A stretch of DNA of 59,999 nt from assembly GCA_043824255.1 (NCBI GenBank), contig JBDRTG010000011.1, positions 1-59,999 of the forward strand, given 5' to 3'. The notes below the pieces were generated by a model that saw only the letters and a list, made by a program, of their open reading frames with translations, did not search any database and was not told the DNA's origin. The position numbers and the translations under genes are program-made. The DNA is from a bacterium. Its GTDB lineage: Bacteria > JAHJDO01. This document shows positions 29,631 through 38,849 of the stretch, one piece after another (within the stretch, counting starts at the first letter, position 1; the number at the start of each line of letters is the position of its first letter).

Positions 29631-29858
29631 TTATTTGATTAGCTTGATGAATTCTTCTACGGTCAGTCCGGCTTGTCTGATTATTGCTCTCAAGGTTCCC
29701 TTTGCAATTTCTTTATGACTGGGAATTGTCAATCTTCTGTATGGAAAAACATTTCTTCTAAGGATCATATGGCTGCCTGTTTGATGGTCCAGCTCATAAC
29801 CAATCTTCGAAAAAGCCTTTGTAACATCCTTACCTGATACCACAGGTAACCTGCTCAT
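29631..29858 (-). CDS. hicA: HicA-family toxin
   Basis: GSHM, TIPSHKEI, GTLRAIIRQAG. Confidence 0.92.
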   Translation of the reverse strand: MSRLPVVSGKDVTKAFSKIGYELDHQTGSHMILRRNVFPYRRLTIPSHKEIAKGTLRAIIRQAGLTVEEFIKLIK

Positions 29859-30067
29859 ACAGCAACCTCAACTATCTCTTCTGTAATCCCAAGCGGAACA
29901 GGTTCTCCATGTTTTTTTAAACTCTCAAGATATCCTTTGATAGCATCCTTTATGTTTCCTTCTGCTTCTTCTCTTGAGTTGCCTTGAGAAACACATCCAG
30001 GCAGACTTGGACATTCAGCTACAAAAACTCCATCTTCATCCTGCTCTATATGGACTATATATTTCAT
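29855..30067 (-). CDS. hicB: Short HicB-family antitoxin
   Basis: EDGVFVAECPSLPGCVSQG..REEA..NIKDAI; AGGAG RBS. Confidence 0.9.
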   Translation of the reverse strand: MKYIVHIEQDEDGVFVAECPSLPGCVSQGNSREEAEGNIKDAIKGYLESLKKHGEPVPLGITEEIVEVAV

Positions 30068-30114
30068 AGAATTCACTCCTTTTCTTAATTTCATTTTAAT
30101 TATAGCATAAAATT

Positions 30115-30204
30115 AGTATTAAGTCATAAGAATTAAGTAAAAAAACAACATTGCTGCTATATACTTAATTCTTAGAGCGAAGCGTCTTAATCCTTAATCC
30201 TGCT
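30115..30204. repeat. ~88-bp hairpin-forming direct repeat, copy A
   Basis: AGTATTAAGTCATAAGAATTAAGT...ACTTAAT.CTTAGAGC.AAGCGTCTTAATCCTTAATCCTGCT, also at 36102-36188. Confidence 0.9.
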
Positions 30205-30207
30205 TTT

Positions 30208-33200
30208 CTATTCGCTTTCTTCTCTCCAGTATTTCACCGGATCGCCTGGAGGAGCAACGGCTGAAGGAGCAGCGGGATCTTCGATTGTAAATGTAACTGA
30301 AGCAGGGCTTTGGTCTGTGTTCACATCATTAGCTTGAGGATCACCGCCACTATTTGCAGCTCTTACTCTAAATGTATGATTGCCGTATCCTAAAGAATTA
30401 ATCTGTTGTGTAGCTGTAGCAGTATTAGCTTCCCAATCGTTTCCATCAATTTTGTATGAAAATACGTATGCTGGTGTTCCTCCCTCTGCCGTAAATTTGA
30501 AAGTTACGCTGCAAGGAACTGATGCCTTTGTTATAATTCCTGCCGGTCCTGAGTATATGATTGTGTTGGGGACAGGAGCAAGGCACTGGAAATAATATAC
30601 TGCGCTGTCTGCATCGGCAGAAAGGTTCAAAGCCTCATCTTTGGCTTTGACCAAACACCTATACCAGTAGGTGCTTGAACTAAGATCTGTAAATGTTGCA
30701 GAGCCTTCGTCCGATGTTGGAGACCAGGGTTGATATGAGGTCCAGTCATATCCAGTGACGGCACCGTAAGTTCCCGCTGTTTTATCTGCGTCATCATTCA
30801 GCTCAAGCTGTGTGCTGAAGGCGCACAGAAGCGGGCTGTCATCAGCAGAATTATCATCAAACTCGAAACTTGCGGATGTTGAGTAATTCGCTTCTCTCGG
30901 ACCTGCTGTGATTCTTGGGGTTGGCGCTAACAGGTCAACATTAATGTAATATCCTTTGGTTGCTGACATGCCTGATCCTTCAGTTGCATAATGACTTGTG
31001 GCTCTATGTGAATATCCCCAGTTTCCCGCTTTGTCCTTCTGGGCAAACTGAATAAGCACGTTCTCTCCTTTTGTACTGCTTGCAGGTACGATTGTGCCAA
31101 TTGAATAGCGGTAATTATCTGTTAAACCTGAGGCTCCATCATCACTGTTCTTTGCAGTCAAATCATCCTGTATAACAATATATCTATCCGTCCATATATT
31201 CGTATCAGCATATGGCCAATCAGCTACATTTGGAATACTGGACTGCTCGGTACCATCTTTATCATACCAGTAGGTACCGCCTTTCAACGAATATGTATAT
31301 CTTATGCTTGAATCAGTTTCATCCAGATCTGAACAATCACTTGTTCTGCCTGATGCTTGATTCTGGTCAACAACCTTTACCCTTATACCAGAATCATCCG
31401 CTGAACTTTCAATATTAAACCAGACATACTCGGTATTATCTCTGTAGGACGTACATGTGGTACTTTCAGGGTAACTTAGGATTCCCTTTACACCCACGCT
31501 TGTCCACAACGTATTTTTATAGCCATTTGCGCAAGTTTCAGCAGTATATCCAGAGGCTGATGTTGCTCCATCTACTCCTCCTGTAGTATTTGCAGATCCC
31601 GGCGGTGTAATATCTCTCATCATATATATTATTGCTGTATCTGCTCTATCCCCGCTGTCCGGCTTGAATGTTGCTGGGTCTGGCTCTGTACTCTCGCTGG
31701 TAGATACAGCTCTTGACTGCAGGATATATCCTCCTTCTGTTGCAAAGTCTGTTCCAAGATTTGTGGTTGAATAAGTCAGTGTCCACAATCTAGTATCGCC
31801 GCTTTCGCTATAACCGCTTTCATACTGTCTCCAATCACTCCAATCATAATCATCTATATCCTCAGGCCACTCGTCTGGATAGTTAACCGCGGTTGTCTTT
31901 CTTATACCGAGTCTGAGGTCTACTCTTGAAGCTGTTGTCGGAGTAGCTACATTGACTGTTATAGCGCCATCAGGAACACCTATATTATCGCCCTGGTTAT
32001 CATAATTCTCCAGGTTGTAGCACCAAACTGTGTCTGCGCCGTCTATATCCGTATAATTAAACTCAGCTGGTGTTATGCTAGTATCCCTTGGCGTAAGATC
32101 TGAATATGTCTGCCTGTCCTGAATAATCCTGCTCCATATACTGTCATCGCTTGTTGTCTCTTCATAACTCAGTCTGACCCAGTAGAGATAGGGAGTGGTG
32201 TCATTAACAACATTATCCGTCAGTGTTGCTTCATAGCGGCAGTAGCGGTCTATTGGAAAAACCTTGAAGTCGTCAAAGCGAGCCTCTGCATTGCCTGCTA
32301 TCAAGCCAGCATAACCTTTATAAGTATAAGCAAGAGCGTCAGATGTAATATAAATTTCATCCCCCATATACACCCTGATTCTACTTCCGTCATACTGAGC
32401 CTTGAGCGTGTACCATGTGTCTGCAGTTAAGGTGTAAGTATAAGTTTTAAGAGGAGCTCCAGTAACGCCGTTTGTATCCATAGCGTATAATCTGATCTGG
32501 CCCGCACCCTGGTCCAGCAAAGCTGCATAGCCGTTATCGCTTCCGGAACTATTCCAGTTTAAAAGAACTCCTGCCTGAGTGTTTGCTTTTAACTTTACCT
32601 TTGCCTCTACCTGATAATTGTACCAGCTTGTATTATTCGCCTGTATTATTCCTGTATCGCCTGTTGTTAAACCTGTTATCTTTAATGCTCCGGTATCATC
32701 AGCTATATTATCTATAAGCCATGTCCCCTTTCCATAGTCCTGCCAATAGCCTCCCATTCCCACAACTCCGTCATTAAAATCATCTGCAAAAAGAACAATA
32801 TCATCCTCATCCCCTTTCTTGTAATACGGAGACCATCGTGACCAGCCCCGCGCATCCATTTTTATCTGGGCAGCTGAGCGGGCGTAGTTGTAGATTCCAA
32901 CTTCGTCTATTAGTCCGTTGAAAAAATAGTTGCTGCCGCCATGTGCCCCAATATGTAATGAGCTAGTATTAACTGTGAGATTTTTTCCCGCACCACTTGT
33001 GCTGTTAAGTACTCCGTTTGAATATACTCTAATTACTCCGTTACTATCATAAGTCTGTGCGATATGATACCACTCATTATAATCCCACGCACTATAAGCA
33101 TACGCTTCGACACTATTATCATCATCTGTATAAACAGCTAAAACACGATCTGTCTCGAAAAGCAAGTGTCCATAACTACTATTAAACGCACCTTTCATTA

Positions 33201-36057
33201 CAGTTGCTGCATAGGCTGGAAGGGTTTTTACATACATCCAATAACTTATAGTGAAAGGATGATCTGCTTCCAAGTTTATTGAAGATGATTGAGTTATTGC
33301 TACATAATCTCCGCTCCCATCAAAACTCAGACACTTCCCAAAAACTCCATACTGCGACCACTTTGCGTTTGTTATGTCTCCATCATTACCATACACTGAA
33401 GAATCATAAGCAACTATTGACGTAGAACTGTTCTCCAAATTATCAAAATGCCAGAGTCCCACCGGGCTGTCTGCGCCGGTTCCGTCAAGAATGCTTGAGG
33501 TAGTCTGTGTCCTGAGACGCATCTGCGTTCCCCGCGCGTCCTGCCAGATTTCCTGAGGAGACTTTGCGTAATTGTAGATTGCAACTTCGTCAATTGCGCC
33601 GTGGAATGGACTAGTCCATGTAGTAGTAGCACCTATTATCTTATTAAGAGAATTTGATAAATCTCCGGCTTGTGCTGATATAGAAACACTATTATTAAAA
33701 ACTCCGTTTATATATACTTTCGCTACATCATCCCTGTCTGCCGTTACAGCAATATGAACCCATTCATCATCTGGAATTGCATTATTACTACTGAATAATT
33801 GTATTCTTATATCTGAACCATCACATAATTCAAAAGCTAACCTATCAGTAGAACTATCTCCTCTTACCATCATCCACCAGCCAATATCAGAAGCTCCTAC
33901 TGTTCTTCCTGCGTATATAGCTTTTATATTTCCATCACTTGGAGTCTTGATCCATGCTTCTATTGTAAAGTCTACATCAGCACCAAAATTTAAACTTTCA
34001 TCATTCTCTATTTCAACATAATCATCCGCACCATCAAAACTTAAGCCGCTCTGAAAAACCGCTGAATCCTCTGAGGAGTCTCCCCACTTGCAGCCGTTAA
34101 CAATGCCTGTGTTACTGTTTGTGGATTCATCATACACAGTAGAATCATCTGCACTTGTTCCGCTTGTTAAATCCTCTCCTTCGTCAAAATGCCAGAGAGC
34201 TACAAGACTACCCTCATCCTTTCTCAGACGGCTTTCGCCTCTGTCGTATGGATTATCTACAGTGCTCGGGTCATTCCATTCTATTGTCTTCCATATAACA
34301 GGGGAATCCGCGTCAAATGTGGAGGAAAGGAGCACACCCCTGGGAGAATTTTCTCCCAGCGTCTGTGATTTTGTTATTACTATTGTGGAATCTGCAAGGT
34401 CAGCTACTTCGTCAGAACTTAAGACTCGCCTGTAAATCCTGACTTCGTCAATTGCGCCGTTGAAATATGTATTTGCTGGAGATAAATTATTTTTTCCAAT
34501 AACTACTGGTTCACTATTAGATATATCGCCAGTTAAAGCAGTTGGATCCTCTTGTGTTGAATAAGTTGGTTCTGTCCCGTCAATATAAAACTTTAAACCC
34601 GTTGAACTGTCTCTATCAGCTGTAAAAGCTACATGATGCCATCCAGCATTTTCAAGAGGAGTAGAACTAGCTGTTGCGCTCTTGGTAGTACCTGCGTCTG
34701 CGATATAAACAGTTAAATAACCAGAGGAGTTTACACTTAAGCAATATCCTTCTATGCCTCCTGCAGTTGTAACTTTAAACACAAATCTCCCAAAACCGGA
34801 TGGCTGGTCAAGAGCATTTATCCAAGCAGATATACTGAAATCCCCTGTGCCTATATTCAAACTCACACTATGTGGTACGCTTACATAATCATCCACTCCA
34901 TCAAAGCTCAACCCGCCTCCAAACAGGGCGGAATCATCATTGGATGTATCGCCCCACATACATCCTGTAATTGTACCATCATTATTATTTGAGGTCTCAT
35001 CAGAAAGAGTACTGTCGTTTGCACTTATTCCATCAGCATCAACATCACCGCCGTCATCAAATTTCCAGTGGGCGGTCAAACCCAGGTCTTTCATGGAAAA
35101 TGCATTTGCCTGAGCGGCTATTTCCTCATCTGACAAAGCGCGGTTATAAATTCTAACCTCATCAATTGCGCCGTTGAAAGATAGAGAGGCATCAGAAATA
35201 TATAAATTTGCTGTTCCTCCGTAAATAACTCCAACAGTGGCCATACTTGCTTGACTATGGTAGTTTCCATCAATGTATAAATCACAATAACCACCTTTAT
35301 TTGCAACAACAGTAACATGTTGCCAAGTGTCAACAGTAGGAACAAAGGCTGTAAGCCAATATAAACCAGTTGAATTATCATCATAAAATACAATCAAAAG
35401 TCTGTTAGTGGTTATTTGAAGTTCCATACCATACCTATTTCTATTCCAGGCATCTTTCTGTCTTAAAAAAAATCGTTGATGGTTGCCGTTGTCACCTGCC
35501 CATTTCATCCACCAACTAAAAGTAAATGTGTCGTTTTCCATGCTTAAGCTAATATCATTCCCGCAATTAACATAATCTCCACTTCCATCAAAGCTCAACC
35601 CACCCTTCCACACAGCGGAATCTTGGTTGGATGTATCGCCCCATCTACCTCCTGTAATAGTGCCATCATTATTGTTTAAGGTCTTATCATAGGCAGTATC
35701 TGCGTCGGCATCCTCACCAGAATAGCCTACATCGTCACTGTCATTAAAATCCCAGAAACCAACAAGCCCTGTATCCGACATGGAAACAGTTCCCGTGGGA
35801 TTATCTCCGCTGACACCAACACCTGTATCATAGCGCGTGGTGTCAGTGCTGGCCCAGAAGAACGTTGAATCTCCGCCTGACCAATCGGTCTGAGTCCATG
35901 CGTGGGCGCTATTACTAAACGTCAGACAAGAAATAAGCGTTAAACTACAAATGAGAAAGTTTAAACAAATTCTACTAGGAAAATCCGAAATCCGAAATCC
36001 GAAATCCGAAACAAATCCCAAATTCAAATTTTTTAATTTTTTAAACATTCTTTCCAT
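30208..36057 (-). CDS. Giant secreted protein with four LamG-like jellyroll domains, a further beta-sandwich and Ig/FN3-like C-terminal domains
   Basis: Signal peptide ending AHA-W; four SFDG..DYV...F.G.IDEV.IY units; start chosen after GCGGGGA. Confidence 0.88.
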   Translation of the reverse strand: MERMFKKLKNLNLGFVSDFGFRISDFPSRICLNFLICSLTLISCLTFSNSAHAWTQTDWSGGDSTFFWASTDTTRYDTGVGVSGDNPTGTVSMSDTGLVGFWDFNDSDDVGYSGEDADADTAYDKTLNNNDGTITGGRWGDTSNQDSAVWKGGLSFDGSGDYVNCGNDISLSMENDTFTFSWWMKWAGDNGNHQRFFLRQKDAWNRNRYGMELQITTNRLLIVFYDDNSTGLYWLTAFVPTVDTWQHVTVVANKGGYCDLYIDGNYHSQASMATVGVIYGGTANLYISDASLSFNGAIDEVRIYNRALSDEEIAAQANAFSMKDLGLTAHWKFDDGGDVDADGISANDSTLSDETSNNNDGTITGCMWGDTSNDDSALFGGGLSFDGVDDYVSVPHSVSLNIGTGDFSISAWINALDQPSGFGRFVFKVTTAGGIEGYCLSVNSSGYLTVYIADAGTTKSATASSTPLENAGWHHVAFTADRDSSTGLKFYIDGTEPTYSTQEDPTALTGDISNSEPVVIGKNNLSPANTYFNGAIDEVRIYRRVLSSDEVADLADSTIVITKSQTLGENSPRGVLLSSTFDADSPVIWKTIEWNDPSTVDNPYDRGESRLRKDEGSLVALWHFDEGEDLTSGTSADDSTVYDESTNSNTGIVNGCKWGDSSEDSAVFQSGLSFDGADDYVEIENDESLNFGADVDFTIEAWIKTPSDGNIKAIYAGRTVGASDIGWWMMVRGDSSTDRLAFELCDGSDIRIQLFSSNNAIPDDEWVHIAVTADRDDVAKVYINGVFNNSVSISAQAGDLSNSLNKIIGATTTWTSPFHGAIDEVAIYNYAKSPQEIWQDARGTQMRLRTQTTSSILDGTGADSPVGLWHFDNLENSSTSIVAYDSSVYGNDGDITNAKWSQYGVFGKCLSFDGSGDYVAITQSSSINLEADHPFTISYWMYVKTLPAYAATVMKGAFNSSYGHLLFETDRVLAVYTDDDNSVEAYAYSAWDYNEWYHIAQTYDSNGVIRVYSNGVLNSTSGAGKNLTVNTSSLHIGAHGGSNYFFNGLIDEVGIYNYARSAAQIKMDARGWSRWSPYYKKGDEDDIVLFADDFNDGVVGMGGYWQDYGKGTWLIDNIADDTGALKITGLTTGDTGIIQANNTSWYNYQVEAKVKLKANTQAGVLLNWNSSGSDNGYAALLDQGAGQIRLYAMDTNGVTGAPLKTYTYTLTADTWYTLKAQYDGSRIRVYMGDEIYITSDALAYTYKGYAGLIAGNAEARFDDFKVFPIDRYCRYEATLTDNVVNDTTPYLYWVRLSYEETTSDDSIWSRIIQDRQTYSDLTPRDTSITPAEFNYTDIDGADTVWCYNLENYDNQGDNIGVPDGAITVNVATPTTASRVDLRLGIRKTTAVNYPDEWPEDIDDYDWSDWRQYESGYSESGDTRLWTLTYSTTNLGTDFATEGGYILQSRAVSTSESTEPDPATFKPDSGDRADTAIIYMMRDITPPGSANTTGGVDGATSASGYTAETCANGYKNTLWTSVGVKGILSYPESTTCTSYRDNTEYVWFNIESSADDSGIRVKVVDQNQASGRTSDCSDLDETDSSIRYTYSLKGGTYWYDKDGTEQSSIPNVADWPYADTNIWTDRYIVIQDDLTAKNSDDGASGLTDNYRYSIGTIVPASSTKGENVLIQFAQKDKAGNWGYSHRATSHYATEGSGMSATKGYYINVDLLAPTPRITAGPREANYSTSASFEFDDNSADDSPLLCAFSTQLELNDDADKTAGTYGAVTGYDWTSYQPWSPTSDEGSATFTDLSSSTYWYRCLVKAKDEALNLSADADSAVYYFQCLAPVPNTIIYSGPAGIITKASVPCSVTFKFTAEGGTPAYVFSYKIDGNDWEANTATATQQINSLGYGNHTFRVRAANSGGDPQANDVNTDQSPASVTFTIEDPAAPSAVAPPGDPVKYWREESE

Positions 36058-36101
36058 TTTATTCCCCGCTCTATAAACAAGCAACTTTCGTGCCATCTTT
36101 C

Positions 36102-36188
36102 AGTATTAAGTCATAAGAATTAAGTGAAAAAACATCATGAACACAAACTTAATCCTTAGAGCAAAGCGTCTTAATCCTTAATCCTGCT
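36102..36188. repeat. ~88-bp hairpin-forming direct repeat, copy B
   Basis: Arms near-identical to copy A, loop divergent. Confidence 0.9.
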
Positions 36189-36196
36189 CATTTCTG

Positions 36197-37603
36197 TTAG
36201 TAAGCGTGCTTATGAAAGCAGAACTCCAGAATTGTTCGGACAAGGATCTTCAGGTCGAAGGCTATAGACCAGTTCTCGATATAATACAGGTCGTATTTGG
36301 TTCTTTCCGCAATTGACGTATTGCCCCTTAGTCCGTTTACCTGCGCCCATCCTGTTATGCCCGGTTTTATCCTGTGTCTTGACATGTACCCCAGTATATC
36401 ATTCTTAAACTGCTCTACAAAAAATGGTCTCTCTGGTCTCGGGCCAATAAGGCTCATATTTCCTCTGATTATATTTAAAAGCTGTGGAAGTTCATCAAAG
36501 CTCATCTTTCGCATGAACGAGCCGACTTTAGTCCGCCTCGGGTCCTTTTCCTGCGCCCATACAGGGCCAGTATGTTCTTCTGCGTCCATACGCATTGACC
36601 GAAATTTATACATAGTAAAAATCTTATTGTCCTGACCAACTCTCTCCTGCTTGTACAATACGGGCCCCTTTGAATTCAGCTTTATAGCTATTAAAAGAGC
36701 TAATAATAAGGGCGAAAGTATGATTAAAAGGACAGCGGACAATATCAGGTCAAATGCTATTTTCAGGAAAAGATTGAAACCCTGAAGAGGGGATTCCTTA
36801 AGCCCTATTACAGGTATGCCGTCTATGTCATCTACATTTACTTTGCTTGTTACAATTTCGTACAGCCCAGGCACAATGGTGAAATCTACGTTCAGCTCGG
36901 TGCATTTTAATATGATATCTAAGGTGTCCTTGTTTGACACATTAGGTGACGCAAAGATGATCTTATCAATGTTTTTCTCTCTCGCTATTTCAGGGATTTC
37001 GGAAATCTCTCCCAGAATTTCTAGATTATTTTTGCTTTCTGAAGAAGTAATTTCTTTATCTGAAATATACCCGATTATTTTGTATCCCAGCGCAATGTGT
37101 TTCTGGATTTTGAACGCTATCGCTTTTGCGGTTTCACCCGTGCCAACGATAATTACATTTCTAATGCCAAAGCCTCTCTTTATAGCTGTTATTTGTATTT
37201 TCCTGATCACAATGCTCATAAGCGTAATACACAGGAAGTTAAGGCCTGATGCATACCCGAATGTTAATCTGGAATAAGAGAACTGGCGGTACAGGAATGT
37301 TATAGCCATTAAAACCAGTGTGGCAAACACGACTGCTTTAAAGATGAGATATACTTTATCAATCGGCGAAATGAAAGAATTTCTCTGTTTATACAATCCG
37401 TGGTATGAAAGCGATATCAGCCAGATGGGGATTACAATTATCAGCAGTTTTAGATAAGGATGGAAAGCAGGAATGTATTCTGCAGGAACCTTGTGTATGT
37501 AAAAGCGGATATAATAGGCTAATAGAAAAGATACTATAGTAACTAAAGTATCTGAAATTACAGAGAGTATTATAAATGGAGACTGCTTGGGATTTTTAAC
37601 CAT
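36197..37603 (-). CDS. Undecaprenyl-phosphate glucose phosphotransferase (WcaJ-like)
   Basis: KFRSM, DELPQL, GPRPE, KPGITGWAQVNG, DLYYIENWS. Confidence 0.92.
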   Translation of the reverse strand: MVKNPKQSPFIILSVISDTLVTIVSFLLAYYIRFYIHKVPAEYIPAFHPYLKLLIIVIPIWLISLSYHGLYKQRNSFISPIDKVYLIFKAVVFATLVLMAITFLYRQFSYSRLTFGYASGLNFLCITLMSIVIRKIQITAIKRGFGIRNVIIVGTGETAKAIAFKIQKHIALGYKIIGYISDKEITSSESKNNLEILGEISEIPEIAREKNIDKIIFASPNVSNKDTLDIILKCTELNVDFTIVPGLYEIVTSKVNVDDIDGIPVIGLKESPLQGFNLFLKIAFDLILSAVLLIILSPLLLALLIAIKLNSKGPVLYKQERVGQDNKIFTMYKFRSMRMDAEEHTGPVWAQEKDPRRTKVGSFMRKMSFDELPQLLNIIRGNMSLIGPRPERPFFVEQFKNDILGYMSRHRIKPGITGWAQVNGLRGNTSIAERTKYDLYYIENWSIAFDLKILVRTILEFCFHKHAY

Positions 37604-38723
37604 TACACGAATTTTGTTTTGTATATTCCTGATATTTGGTCATGATCGCATCCTTGATTTCCTTCTTAAATCTCTGCTTGTTAAAAGGAAGGGCGTTTTT
37701 ACGGATTTTATCTTTATCAAATCTCATTTTCTTAAAAGTTCTTACAGCTTCAATTAAAGAATGCGGATTTTGTTCTTTAAACAGAACTCCGTTCAAACCA
37801 TGTCTAACGGTTTCCAGAACGCCGCCTTCAGCGTAAGCAATTACTCCTTTACCGCATGACTGGGCCTCAATAGGAGTTATGCCGAAATCTTCCTTGCCCG
37901 GGAATATAAAACCTTTGCACATAGCATAGTATTCGTGCAGTATATTATCAGGTTGCCAGCCTAAAAACGTTATGTTAGGCTTTGCTAAGGCTTTCAGCCT
38001 TTTTTCTTCCGGACCACTGCCGATTATTATAAGAGGCAATTTTAACTCATTGAACGCTTTAATGGCTATATCAATTCTTTTGTAATAGGTTAATGCTGAG
38101 ATCATGAGATAAAAATTTTTATCCTGAGGCATTGCCTCGGGCATCGGTGTGTAAAAATCAGTATCCACAGGCGGATATATAACGCTTGATTCTCTCCTGT
38201 AATAGTGTTTAATTCTTGTTGCAACATGTTTGGAGATAGCGATAAAATCATCTACTCTGCGGGATGACGCTTCATCCCATACCCTTATGCGGTTCATAAA
38301 AAAAGGAACGGTAAACTTGGAAATAGGCCCGAGCCGCTCGTGGGAGAAATACTCGTGATACATATCCCATGCGTATCTCATTGGCGTGTAGCAATAGCAT
38401 ATATGATAGGTTTCAGGAGGTGTTAGGGTGCCTTTAGCAACGCAGTGGCTGCTGCTCAGGACAATGTCGTATCCTCTCATATCAAATGACTCTACAGCAA
38501 TAGGAAAAAGAGGCAGGTAATTTCTGTATTTTGTTTTTGCAAATGGCAGGTTCTGAATGAATGATGTTTTGATATTCATTCTGTTTATAGTATCTGTTAC
38601 TTTCTCAGGTATATGAACAAGTGTGAAGATGTCAGCGTCCGGAAACAACTCGCAGAATATCTCCAGACACTTTTCACCGCCCCGCATACCTGTGAGCCAA
38701 TCATGGACTATTGCAACTCTCAT
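37596..38723 (-). CDS. GT4 glycosyltransferase
   Basis: HDWL..RGGE, EDFGITPIEA. Confidence 0.9.
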   Translation of the reverse strand: MRVAIVHDWLTGMRGGEKCLEIFCELFPDADIFTLVHIPEKVTDTINRMNIKTSFIQNLPFAKTKYRNYLPLFPIAVESFDMRGYDIVLSSSHCVAKGTLTPPETYHICYCYTPMRYAWDMYHEYFSHERLGPISKFTVPFFMNRIRVWDEASSRRVDDFIAISKHVATRIKHYYRRESSVIYPPVDTDFYTPMPEAMPQDKNFYLMISALTYYKRIDIAIKAFNELKLPLIIIGSGPEEKRLKALAKPNITFLGWQPDNILHEYYAMCKGFIFPGKEDFGITPIEAQSCGKGVIAYAEGGVLETVRHGLNGVLFKEQNPHSLIEAVRTFKKMRFDKDKIRKNALPFNKQRFKKEIKDAIMTKYQEYTKQNSCNG

Positions 38724-38752
38724 TTTAATCTCCTTTTTGTAATGAAGCCAAA

Positions 38753-38825
38753 GGGCAGATACATGGATCTGCCCCTACATTTATCCTGATTCCCATATTG
38801 TAGGGGCGAATCTGTGTATTCGCCC
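38753..38825. repeat. Inverted pair of GTAG-type REP elements
   Basis: GTAGGGGCGAATCTGTGTATTCGCCC and, on the minus strand, GTAGGGGCAGATCCATGTATCTGCCC. Confidence 0.8.
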
Positions 38826-38849
38826 ATTCCCAGATTAAAAATTTAAAAT

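Noticed and set aside
30208..36057. Diversity-generating retroelement acting on the LamG repeats
   Set aside because: No reverse transcriptase and no TR/VR pair differing only at adenines
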